The notes beneath the pieces were generated by a model. It saw nothing but the letters and a program-made list of their open reading frames with translations. It searched no databases and had not been told where the DNA came from. Positions 21,686-31,700 of a stretch of 64,000 nt of DNA are shown here, piece after piece. The stretch's first letter is position 1. Each line of letters begins with the position of its first letter. Source of the stretch: an uncultured Spirochaetota bacterium (GTDB lineage: Bacteria; Spirochaetota; Brevinematia; Brevinematales; JAOACQ01); the NCBI GenBank assembly GCA_963835575.1, contig CAWIGG010000002.1, positions 288,001 through 352,000 on the forward strand, written 5' to 3'. A program made the translations under genes and the position numbers.

Positions 21686-22617
21686 AGAAAATCGGAATAT
21701 TATCCATTGGAAAATATGTCCCTGAGAATAAGCTCACTAACGCCGATCTGGAAAAAATGGTTGATACGACAGATGAGTGGATTGTCAGCCGGACGGGGAT
21801 CCGTGAAAGAAGGATTGCCCTGAAAAATGTGCATGCGTCAACAATGGCCGTAAAAGCGGCGCAAGAATGCCTTTCCCGTGTTAATGTCAAACCGGACCTT
21901 GTGATATCTACGTCTGGAACAACCGAAACTAGTTTTCCGTACCAGGCAAGCGTTGTCGCCCATAAGCTCGGATTGACTGATATAGCGGGTTTTGATATGA
22001 ACGCCGCGTGCTCGGGATTGATCTATGCAATGGCAATCGGCAGCAGCATGATGCGGAGCATGGATTATAAAAATGTGCTTATTACGGCCAGTGAAAAAAT
22101 GTCGTCTTTTACGGATTATAAGGACAGGGCCAGCTGTATCCTTTTTGGGGACGGCGGAGCTTCTGTAATGATTTCAGACAAGGGCTTTGAGCATGAAATA
22201 GTTGCGTTCGAACTGGGGCTGGACGGAAGCGGAAGCAATCTGGTTACTATGGGTGCGCGGGAAGGGAGCAGCTTTTTCTGGCAGGACGGGCAGAAAGTAT
22301 TCCGGTTTGCCGTGACAAAGGTTGTGGAATTGATTGAGAATTTAAAAAAGAAAGTCGGTTTTAAAGAAAAGGACCGTCTGCATATCATACCGCATCAGGC
22401 CAACAGCCGTATTATCGAATCGGTATCCCAGCGCACCGGTCTGCCCATGGAAAGTTTTGTCATGAATATCGATAGATTTGGAAACACATCATCCGCTTCA
22501 ATCGGATTGGCTTTGGAAGAAGAATGGACCGGGAAGCGTTTTAAAAAAGGCGATTATATCTTCCTTATCGGTTTCGGGGCCGGTTTGAGCTGGGCAGCCG
22601 CGGCCATCCGCTGGTAA
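21682..22617 (+). CDS. fabH: Beta-ketoacyl-ACP synthase III
   Basis: DTTDEWIVSRTGIRERR, AACSG, FGDGG, PHQAN, GNTSSAS, GFGAGLSW. Confidence 0.96.
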   Translation: MKKIGILSIGKYVPENKLTNADLEKMVDTTDEWIVSRTGIRERRIALKNVHASTMAVKAAQECLSRVNVKPDLVISTSGTTETSFPYQASVVAHKLGLTDIAGFDMNAACSGLIYAMAIGSSMMRSMDYKNVLITASEKMSSFTDYKDRASCILFGDGGASVMISDKGFEHEIVAFELGLDGSGSNLVTMGAREGSSFFWQDGQKVFRFAVTKVVELIENLKKKVGFKEKDRLHIIPHQANSRIIESVSQRTGLPMESFVMNIDRFGNTSSASIGLALEEEWTGKRFKKGDYIFLIGFGAGLSWAAAAIRW

Positions 22618-22638
22618 AAAATATTTTTTCACATACAA

Positions 22639-22670
22639 AGGGCTGCATGTAATTGCAGCCCTATTTTATT
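22639..22670 (+). terminator. Intrinsic terminator of fapR-fabH; target hairpin of the class IIC intron
   Basis: AGGGCTGCA-tgtaat-TGCAGCCCT-ATTTTATT, directly before the intron 5' end. Confidence 0.85.
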
Positions 22671-23548
22671 GTGCGCCCGGCAGGGCGCACGTTCTTGCGG
22701 GTGAAAGTCCCGTATGCACCCGGTAAGGGGAATCCCTCACCAGTTTGTGAACTTCTCCGGGCAGCCGGACAAACTGGTGAGGGACAGACGGCAAGGGTGT
22801 CCGCCGTGAGGCGGAATCTGAAGGAAGCTGCAGGCAAAGCACTGGTCTGACGAACAGAAACCGCATAGAGGCGGCACTGCTGGGTGAGACGGCAATTATC
22901 GTTAAAGCCCGATACTTACACAGAAAGCAATGACGTAGATGCGGCAGACATAAGTGTGAAGGAACGAGCGCATTACCCGGGGAGGTCTGACAGCCTGCCA
23001 CATATTGGCTATTGTCATCGAAAGGTGATAAGAGGGGTTTTCAGAAGTCAGCAGAAGCCATAGTAACCTCTTGACCGGAGGCGAAGGGCAGAACCAAACT
23101 ATAGGAGTACCGCTATGAATCCTGACACGGTAACTTACGCAGAAGCGGAAGGAAACTTTCCGGCTTTGACAAAGGATAGGGACGGAATTCCGAAGAATAG
23201 CCAAAGCGCGTGTATCCGTGCAGAGAGTCAAAGAAGGAGTACACCGGATGAAACAAATTTAATAGAGCGTCTGGTCAAACGCGAGAACATGCTGGAAGCT
23301 TATCACAGGGTGGTAAGCAATAAGGGGGCGGCGGGAGTTGACGGAGTCACTGTAAAACAGCTAAAAGGCTTCATCAACAAACATATGAACATCGCCTTTC
23401 CTAAGAAATTATTCGACAGTATGGGACTCGTATCGATGCTGAACAAGATTTGTATTTATCAGAAATTATATTTTGGAACCGCCGTATACGGAACCGTACG
23501 TACGGTGGTGTGAGAGGTCGGCGGGTGTAAACCCGCCTCCTACTCAAT
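22671..23548 (+). mobile_element. Class IIC group II intron, 878 nt, with internally deleted RT ORF
   Basis: 5' GTGCG; 32-nt domain V with CGC triad (23478-23509); domain VI ending CCTACTCAAT; inserted just after a terminator hairpin. Confidence 0.92.
23115..23513 (+). pseudogene. Intron-encoded RT/maturase remnant (RT0 fused in frame to the extreme C-terminus)
   Basis: AYHRVVSNKGAAGVDG (RT0) joined at ~23384 to MNIAFPKKLFDSMGLVSM; no YADD; ORF runs into domain V as in IIC introns; AGGAG RBS. Confidence 0.88.
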
Positions 23549-24497
23549 TATTAGCCAGTACTTTCCGGTTAATGGAAGATAATATGATTATTAAAAGAAA
23601 AATGAAATAGGAAGCCGCCGCGCCCATCCCGAATTTCATGTATTGAAAAGCGTAAATGTAAAGATAGACGGCAAGAGTTCTTCCGGTCGCCGCGCCTCCC
23701 CCAAGCTGATTGGACCCGCCGAAAAGGACCATCGGGTCATCAAATAATTGAAGCTGGCCGATGATGGTCATTGTTGTAGCAACCAGTATGACAGGCTTGA
23801 GCAGCGGCAATGTGATTTTAAAAAATATATCGCCCCAATTAGCTCCGTCAATCCGCGCGGCCTCATAGAGCTCGCCGGGAATGGCCTGAAGCCCGGCAAG
23901 GTAAATAATGGCGTTCCAGCCGGTCCACTTCCAGACGGCCAGGGAAGCTATGGAAAACCAGGCCATGGTGCGCCTGAGCCATTCCACAGGTAATTCCATG
24001 GGGATCAGACCTCCGGATCCTATCAGATGCAGTTTTTCCAGTTCGGACAGCCAGAAGTTTAAGAGGCCGTACCTGTACCCGAATAAAATGCCGGCCACCA
24101 GAGCGATGGCCACTGATGAAGTGAGATAGGGTAAAAATAAAACGGATTTAAAAAACTCCTTGAATCTTACCAAGCCCAGATTAAGTACGAAGGCGAAGAA
24201 AAGAGCCAGCAGATGCTGAGGAATGGCCGTTATTATGCCGATTGCGAAGGTATTCAGCATGGACTGCCAGAACAAATTATCGATGATGATATTGAAGTAA
24301 TTCCTCAATCCGACAAACCGCATCGGCGTAACGGCATCCCAGCTGTTGAAACTGAGCATGAGAGAGTACATAATCGGAAAAATGGCGAAAACGGCAAAGG
24401 AAATGAAAAATGGCGATACAAACAGATAGGGCGTTGACTTGAATTTAAAGAAATTCCATTTATCTTTTTTATTATCGAAAACTCTTTTTTGAGGCAT
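23544..24497 (-). CDS. Carbohydrate ABC transporter permease (isolated)
   Basis: FVGLRNY, WKWTGWNAIIYLAGLQAIPGELYEAARIDGA (EAA loop). Confidence 0.92.
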   Translation of the reverse strand: MPQKRVFDNKKDKWNFFKFKSTPYLFVSPFFISFAVFAIFPIMYSLMLSFNSWDAVTPMRFVGLRNYFNIIIDNLFWQSMLNTFAIGIITAIPQHLLALFFAFVLNLGLVRFKEFFKSVLFLPYLTSSVAIALVAGILFGYRYGLLNFWLSELEKLHLIGSGGLIPMELPVEWLRRTMAWFSIASLAVWKWTGWNAIIYLAGLQAIPGELYEAARIDGANWGDIFFKITLPLLKPVILVATTMTIIGQLQLFDDPMVLFGGSNQLGGGAATGRTLAVYLYIYAFQYMKFGMGAAASYFIFLLIIILSSINRKVLANN

Positions 24498-24758
24498 TTT
24501 ACTCTCCCTTCAGTGTAATACGGGGGATTTGAGCAAAATATGCTTTAAAATAAAAAAAGTTTGTTTTACTGACAGTTCCAAAAAGCAATATTTATGGAAA
24601 TGCCTGAATATTATTTTAGAACACTTTTTACTAATAAACAATAGATGTTTTTTAAATTAATGCCCTCGGGAAAAATCAAGTTTGGAATTTAATGCCCGGT
24701 TTGACTTTTCCTCTTCATGCCTTTAACATAATTGTTTTTTTTTCAGGAGCCGTCTATT

Positions 24759-25973
24759 ATGCTGAGTAATATGATTTCCATGCCGAAGAGGATCCCGCGG
24801 GATTTTCTATTATTTTTAATAGCTGTTTCTTTTGCCGGTTTTTCGCAAAGCATGGTTGACACGACGTTTAATAATTTTTTGAAAGATGTTTTTTCCATTA
24901 CGGACTGGCAGAGGGCGTTTCTTGAATTTCCCAGAGAAATACCGGGCCTTCTTGTCGCTTTTATCGGCGCGGCTTTCTTTTTTATATCGAACAGGCGCCT
25001 TGCTGTTCTGGCAAATTTTCTGTGCGGACTGGGGATATTTCTCATCGGTCTTTTTTCTTTTAAATATTCGGTTATGCTGATGTGGCTTTTTATTTACAGC
25101 CTGGGCGTTCATATATTTCTTCCTCTGAACTCAAGCATCGGGATGGAACTGGCCAGGGAAGGCAGAACAGGGAAAAGGCTCGGGGAGCTGTCGGGGATGG
25201 CCAACGCGGCGGCTATTATCGGAAGTTTTATCGTATTTATGGGCTTCAGGTATCTTCATTTTAATTTTACGATAATATTTATAATTTCTGCCGCCGGTTA
25301 TATGGCGGCAACAAGCCTTATGTTCTTGATGAAAAAAGATAAGGCGGTTTCTTTAAAAGAGAAGATCAGGTTCCGTAAAAAATACGGCCTTTTTTACTGG
25401 CTTAATATTCTTTACGGCACGCGTAAACAGCTTTTTCTCACATTTGCGCCATGGGTACTGGTGCAGATATTCTCAAAAAAGATTGAATATGTCGCCATGA
25501 TTTTTACAATCGGCGGAATAGTCGGGATCCTTTTCAAGCCGCTTCTCGGCAGGGCGATCGATAAATTCGGCGAGAGAACCATTCTTATGGCCGAAGCCGC
25601 CGTTCTCATTTTTGTCTGCATCGGCTACGGATTTTCCAGGAATATATTTTCCGAAAGCATTGCTCTGATTATAGCTTCAACCTGTTATATTATAGACCAG
25701 CTCCTAATGGCTGTCGGTATGGCCAGGGCGACCTATCTTAAAAAAATAGCCGTTAAGGCTGAAGAAATCGCTCCGACTCTTTCAATCGGAGTTTCCATAG
25801 ATCATGTTTTTTCTATCTCCATCGCTTTATTGGGCGGTCTTGTCTGGAAGTTTTTCGGCTATCAGTATGTTTTTCTGATGGGCGGGATTATCGCCGCCGT
25901 GAATCTCTTTTCAGCCTCAAGAATAAGGATCAAGGCGCAAGCCGCCGAAGGTTTAATATCCGGTACTACTTGA
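24759..25973 (+). CDS. MFS transporter
   Basis: ~12 hydrophobic segments, LEFPREIPG, GRAIDKFGER; start uncertain (24732-24780). Confidence 0.82.
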   Translation: MLSNMISMPKRIPRDFLLFLIAVSFAGFSQSMVDTTFNNFLKDVFSITDWQRAFLEFPREIPGLLVAFIGAAFFFISNRRLAVLANFLCGLGIFLIGLFSFKYSVMLMWLFIYSLGVHIFLPLNSSIGMELAREGRTGKRLGELSGMANAAAIIGSFIVFMGFRYLHFNFTIIFIISAAGYMAATSLMFLMKKDKAVSLKEKIRFRKKYGLFYWLNILYGTRKQLFLTFAPWVLVQIFSKKIEYVAMIFTIGGIVGILFKPLLGRAIDKFGERTILMAEAAVLIFVCIGYGFSRNIFSESIALIIASTCYIIDQLLMAVGMARATYLKKIAVKAEEIAPTLSIGVSIDHVFSISIALLGGLVWKFFGYQYVFLMGGIIAAVNLFSASRIRIKAQAAEGLISGTT

Positions 25974-26008
25974 CCGATATTTTTTTATAATAAGAATAAG
26001 AGGAAGAT

Positions 26009-26512
26009 ATGGATTTGACCAAGTTTAATGACCTTGATATCGTAGTAGTCTGCGGTCTGCCGGGCGCCGGGAAATCCCACTTTTCAAAGGCTTATTTTGA
26101 AAAAACAAACAGGCAGAGGGTGTCCAGGTCTGAAATCCGGCGTTTTCTTTATGAGATGACCCATTTCGGGGCGGCATGGCAGACGGAATTATTCAAGGAA
26201 GAAAGTGAATTTCTGGTCAAGCATACCGAGAGGAAAATACTGGAACAATTGCTTCAGGAAAAACAGAAGGTACTTATCGACAATACCAGCGTGACAGTCG
26301 ATTCCCGCAAGCGTTATCTGGAATTGGCCAGAACATTGAAGAAAAGCATCGGGGCGCTGTTTATTCATAATCCCGTGCAGGTATGCCTGAAAAGAAACAA
26401 GCAGAATAAATTCGGGGTTCCGGATATCGTCATTTCCAATCTTTCAACGCATATTGAACTGCCTTCTACAAAAGAAGGCTTTAAAGAAGTGATGATCATA
26501 AAAGATTATTAA
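26009..26512 (+). CDS. P-loop kinase (AAA_33 / polynucleotide-kinase-like)
   Basis: GLPGAGKS, IDNTS, CLKRN, P...EGF. Confidence 0.78.
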   Translation: MDLTKFNDLDIVVVCGLPGAGKSHFSKAYFEKTNRQRVSRSEIRRFLYEMTHFGAAWQTELFKEESEFLVKHTERKILEQLLQEKQKVLIDNTSVTVDSRKRYLELARTLKKSIGALFIHNPVQVCLKRNKQNKFGVPDIVISNLSTHIELPSTKEGFKEVMIIKDY

Positions 26513-26529
26513 TTGATCAGGAGTTTTTC

Positions 26530-28506
26530 ATGAAGATTTTTTTTGCTGCTTTTATTATGCTATGCCTGATTTTCAGTTTGTCCTTCCCTGTTTATACTAA
26601 ATATCTGAGCGATTTTAAATTCGATGCCGTGGAAAATTACGAATTCAGCAACATCAGTTTCATAGAGAACGGGGGGATTGAACTGGCCCGTGATTATAAA
26701 GAGGTATATTCCAGCCCCTTTCCCGTATGGTCTCTGGCGCAGTGGAAAGACGGCTTTCTGATCGGCGCCGGCGATACTGCCCAGCTCATTTATCTTAATA
26801 AAGAAAAAAACAGAACGATTTTTTCCAGTTCAAACCGCGTTCTTGTCAGCGACATAGAAATTATGAATGGGGATATTTATCTTGCGGTAATTCCCAAGGC
26901 CCAAATCCTCATCTTGGACAATGATTTTAAATTGAAGAAAACCATATCCCTTTCCAATGAATATATCTGGAATATTGTTCCGGCCGAAAAAGGGTTTTAT
27001 GTGTTGACAGGCAATCCGGCGGTCCTTTATTATTTTAATGAACAGGATAAAATGGAATTTTCCGTAAGCCTGGCAGGTGAGGATAATCTCCTCAAGGGCC
27101 TGATGGTTGGTAAGGAACTCTATTTTACAGCTGACGGGAACGTCCTTTATAAATTCGACAGTAAAAACAGGAAAATCAAGGGTGTTTATTCTTTTGATAA
27201 TTCGATACTCGATTTTATATCTGTCAAGCATAAGATTTATCTGATTACATCCCTGTCTGATTTAAAAAAACCTGCCCAGACCCAATCCAGCGAGCCTTCG
27301 ACAAGCGATGACGATATTTCAACCCCTATCAAGCAGACAAGCGATAAAAAAGGGACCCGCCCCGCGGTAGGAAAAAGCGCTCTCTATTCATACAATCCGG
27401 ACGGCACAATAGAGAAAATATTTGAGAAAAACAATATGAAGTTTATCTCCCTTTCCTACTGGGACAATTCACTCATAGTCGGCACGGATAAAAACGCTTC
27501 ATATTATCAGGTTTCATTACAGGGGAATGTCAGGAAGCTGTCAAGCCTGGGGATGGGTAAATTCGCCCGTTTTTTCACTTTGAAAGGCGAGAATTACGCG
27601 CTGTTGCTTGAACCATCCAGGATTTTGAAAATACTCCCCTCATTTTCTCCGCAGGGCTTTGTTACTTCAAGCGCATTTGATACCGGCAATATATCGCGCT
27701 GGGGAAAGCCTTTTATAGGGCAGACAGTTCAGCCGAAAACGGATATAAAAATATATACGCGCAGCGGGGCCCTTTCAAGCGATGATCTCTGGGATGATTG
27801 GGAACTCTATAATAATAAGATCGATTCGGCCCCCAACCGTTATCTTCAGTACAAGGTTGAGCTTTCTTCCGACGGGTCAAAATCGCCCTTGTTCCGCAAT
27901 ATGATTATTCCTTATATCCAGAATAACAGCGCTCCGAAGGTTGAGAAAGTGACTATCACTTTTAATAATAACAGCCTGTACAAGATCAGCTGGGACGCTC
28001 AGGATGATGATAAGGATACTCTCATTTACAATCTTTATTTATCCCAGGCGGATGATGATTGGATTAAAATAAACGATAAGCCCTTGGAAGATAATAATTT
28101 TGACCTGAATACGGCCAATTACCCCGAAGGTCAGTACCGGATCAAGGTGACTGCGTCCGATGAAAGGTCCAATTCAAAAGAGGAAGCAAAGGAAGGTTAT
28201 AAAATAAGCGATCAATTTGTAATAGACAATAACCCGCCTTTTATCGGGGATATTTCAATTAAAAAAAGCGGACAGCTCTTTGAACTGGAATGGAAGGTCG
28301 CCGACAGCCTTTCTCCGATATTCGATGTGTCTTACAGCATCAACGGCCTAAAATGGATCAAGCTTTTACCGGTCGATGGAATTTACGATTCACTATCGGA
28401 ATCATTCAATCTAAAAATCGAAATCAATCAGCCTTCTTCATTTGAAATTAAAGCTGTGGATATTTACGGCAATGCCTCGACAAAAGGGATTTTTATCAGG
28501 AAATAG
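26530..28506 (+). CDS. Secreted hypothetical protein (beta-propeller-like N-terminus, FN3/Ig-like C-terminus)
   Basis: Signal peptide; FDTGNISRWG, TRSG..WDDW, RYLQYK, WDAQDDDKDTLIY, PEGQYRIKVTASD, PVDGIYDS. Confidence 0.65.
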   Translation: MKIFFAAFIMLCLIFSLSFPVYTKYLSDFKFDAVENYEFSNISFIENGGIELARDYKEVYSSPFPVWSLAQWKDGFLIGAGDTAQLIYLNKEKNRTIFSSSNRVLVSDIEIMNGDIYLAVIPKAQILILDNDFKLKKTISLSNEYIWNIVPAEKGFYVLTGNPAVLYYFNEQDKMEFSVSLAGEDNLLKGLMVGKELYFTADGNVLYKFDSKNRKIKGVYSFDNSILDFISVKHKIYLITSLSDLKKPAQTQSSEPSTSDDDISTPIKQTSDKKGTRPAVGKSALYSYNPDGTIEKIFEKNNMKFISLSYWDNSLIVGTDKNASYYQVSLQGNVRKLSSLGMGKFARFFTLKGENYALLLEPSRILKILPSFSPQGFVTSSAFDTGNISRWGKPFIGQTVQPKTDIKIYTRSGALSSDDLWDDWELYNNKIDSAPNRYLQYKVELSSDGSKSPLFRNMIIPYIQNNSAPKVEKVTITFNNNSLYKISWDAQDDDKDTLIYNLYLSQADDDWIKINDKPLEDNNFDLNTANYPEGQYRIKVTASDERSNSKEEAKEGYKISDQFVIDNNPPFIGDISIKKSGQLFELEWKVADSLSPIFDVSYSINGLKWIKLLPVDGIYDSLSESFNLKIEINQPSSFEIKAVDIYGNASTKGIFIRK

Positions 28507-28557
28507 TTTTCTTTTAAATTTGCCACAGACATAGAGGGAATAAAAAGGTTCATGAAC

Positions 28558-28726
28558 AGCCACAGAATTTCACAGAAACACACAGAAATAAATAAATTTA
28601 AAAAACGGTTCCGTGTCCTTCGGTGTCATTCTGTGGCTAACCCCGTTCTTTCGCACTCCTTCCTGTCTTCCTGTTAATTCTCACCGCTCTTCCTAATTCG
28701 TGCCTATTCGCGTGCATTAGCGGATT
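28558..28726. repeat. REP/MITE-like 10-nt-period inverted repeat plus a related half element between convergent genes
   Basis: AGCCACAGAATTTCACAGAAACACACAGAAA (from 28558) versus TTCCGTGTCCTTCGGTGTCATTCTGTGGCT (28609-28638); CTAATTCGTGCCTATTCGCGTGCATTAGCGGATT at 28693-28726. Confidence 0.75.
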
Positions 28727-28757
28727 ACCCCGTCTTCCATCGCAGGAAAAAATTATT

Positions 28758-31700
28758 TTATTTATAATACTCAACGCCGGCGTCGAAGATGCGCTGGAAT
28801 TTATTCCCCGGGATATTGACCGCCACATGAAACCCGGTCCTTTCAGAATGGGCCATCTTGCCGAGCACACGCCCGTCCGGGCTTGTGATCCCTTCAATCG
28901 CGAAAATCGAGCCGTTCGGATTATACGGCATGTCAGGCGAGGGCTTACCATCATCGTCCACATACTGCGTCGCGATCCGGCCGTTCTTTTTCAGTCCTTC
29001 AAGAACTTCATCATTCGCAATAAAGCGTCCTTCTCCATGAGAAACCGGCAGGGTATGAATTTCCCCGATGATGGAATTATAAAACCAGGGCGAAAGGCGC
29101 GATACGACCTTCGTCCTTACCATTGTGGACATATGCCGGCCGATTGTGTTATAGGTAAGGGTCGGCGAGTTTTCATCGAGGTCACGGATTTCTCCATAGG
29201 GAACCAGGCCGAGCTTTATCAGCGCCTGAAAACCGTTGCAGATACCAAGCATCAGCCCGTCGCGGTTCTTCAGGAGTTCCATAACGGCGTCTTTGATCCG
29301 GCCGCTGCGGAACACATTGGCGATGAACTTGCCTGAGCCCTCCGGCTCGTCGCCCGCCGAAAAACCTCCCGGCAGCATAATGATCTGCGCTTTCTGTATT
29401 GCCTGCGCCATTTCCCTGATCGAGATTTCTATATCGGAAGGGTTTCTGTTCCTGAATATAAAGATATTAGTCTGCGCGCCGGCTTTCTCAAAAGCGCGGG
29501 CGGAATCGTACTCGCAGTTTGTGCCGGGAAAAACCGGGATCAGCACCAGAGGTTTTACAGCGGGCTTGGACCGTTTCAGACTGCCCGGCGTTTTAAAGGA
29601 ATAGTTCTCCAGGGCTTTTTTTGAATCCTCGGTTTTATGAGGAAATATTTCAGAAAAAGGTGCAAGCCATTCTTTGATGATGAGCGAAAGACTAAAAGCC
29701 GTATTTTCGATACGGATTTCCGGTTCGGGAATTGTGTTGCCGAGGAATTTATAATCCAGGCCTTTTAAATCCGCTTCGGAAGCGTTTCCCTTGAGCTCAA
29801 TGACAAAAGATCCGTAACCGGGGCCGAACAACATCTCTCTTTTGACCGGTGTTTTGAATTCAAAGCCGATCAGGTTGCCGAAACTCATTTTGCTGATTGC
29901 TTCGGCAATGCCGGAACCGCGGACCGTATGAATGGAAGAGATTTTTCCGGCCTTAATCAATTCAAAAAGCCCTGAGTAAAGCTTGTGAAAATATTCCCAA
30001 TCGGGAATAAAAGATCCATCTGTTTTTAATGGAAGAAAATAAACCGGACTGCCCGGCTTTTTGAATTCGGGTGTTATAATGAGAGAAACATCTGCGGGAG
30101 CTACCGCGAAACTGACAAGGGTCGGGGGCACATCCAGCGAATTAAATGAGCCGGACATGCTGTCCTTTCCGCCGATGGCCGGGATTCTCAGCTCCATCTG
30201 CGCCGTAAAGGCGCCGAGAAGGGCTGTAAAAGGCTTGCCCCATCTTTCCGGTATTTTATAGGGCTTTTCGAAATATTCCTGCATGGAGAGGCGGATATTC
30301 CTGTAATCAATACCGGCCGCGGCCGCTTTTGAAACCGAATCTATCACCGAGTAAATCGCGCCATGATAAGGGCTCCAGCGGGATATTTCCGGGTCAAAAC
30401 CCCAGCTCATCACGGTCCCTGTGGACGTTTCAAACCCCGGTACCGGGATTTTGGCCGCCATACTCTGGGCTGGCGTGAGTTGTGTTCTGCCTCCGAACGG
30501 CATTGTGACGCTTCCGGCGCCGATAGAGCCGTCAAAGCGCTCGACCAGGCCTTTCTGGGAGGCCGCGTTCGGCTGCGATAAATTAAATTTCCAGGCTTCA
30601 AGGATAGGTTTTTTCATTAATTCACTTTTGATATTGATAAAAGGAGAATGATGTTCAGTCGGCGAGAGCGTTTTGATATGAGTGTGTTTTTTAGCGCCGT
30701 TTGAATTCAGGAAATCGCGGTCGATATCCACTATTGTTTTTCCCCGCCAGTTCATTTTCACTCTTTTTTCGTCTGTGACTTCTGCTACAACTGTCGCTTC
30801 CAGGTTTTCTTCGGCCGCGGATTCTATAAAACTGGAGGCATCCAGGGCATCCAGAAGGACGGCCATTCTTTCCTGAGATTCCGATATGGCAAGCTCTGTC
30901 CCGTCCAGTCCGTCGTATTTTTTAGGTATCGCGTCCAGGTTTATAATAAGGCCGTCTGCCAGCTCTCCGATGGCGACAGAAACACCGCCGGCGCCGAAGT
31001 CATTGCATTTTTTTATCAGCCGGGCCGTGTCCGGGTCCCGGAAAAGGCGCTGGATTTTTCTTTCTTCGGGAGCGTTTCCTTTCTGAACTTCGGCGCCGGC
31101 CTTAGCGATTGATTCTTCCGTGTGACTTTTTGAAGAACCGGTCGCTCCGCCGCAGCCGTCGCGCCCTGTTCTGCCGCCGACAAGTATAACTTTATCTCCT
31201 TTTTCCGGATGAGAACGGCGGACATTTTGCCTGGGCGCGGCCCCGATGACGGCGCCGATTTCCATCCGCTTGGCGATATATCCTTCATCATAGATCTCTG
31301 CCACATGCCCGGTGGCCAGGCCGATCTGGTTGCCGTATGAGCTGTAGCCATGAGCCGCTTCTATCGTTATTTTCCTCTGGGGTAGCTTACCGGGGAGCGT
31401 ATCTTTCACCGGTTTTCTGGGATCGCCGCTTCCTGTGACACGCATGGCCTGATAGACATAAGAACGGCCTGACAGGGGATCTCTGATAGCCCCTCCGATG
31501 CAAGTCGCGGCGCCGCCGAACGGCTCTATTTCAGTCGGGTGATTGTGCGTCTCGTTCTTGAACATTACCAGCCATTCTTCTTTTTTCCCTTCAATATCGA
31601 CAGGAACAATAATACTGCAGGCATTGATCTCGTCAGATTCATCCAGATCGCCGAGATAACCCGCTGCCTTCAGTTTTTTCATGGCGATGGTAGCCATGTC

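Noticed and set aside
28558..28638. Periodic repeats as a CRISPR or guide-RNA array
   Set aside because: Only about three short units per arm, inverted rather than direct, no unique spacers of regular length, and no cas genes
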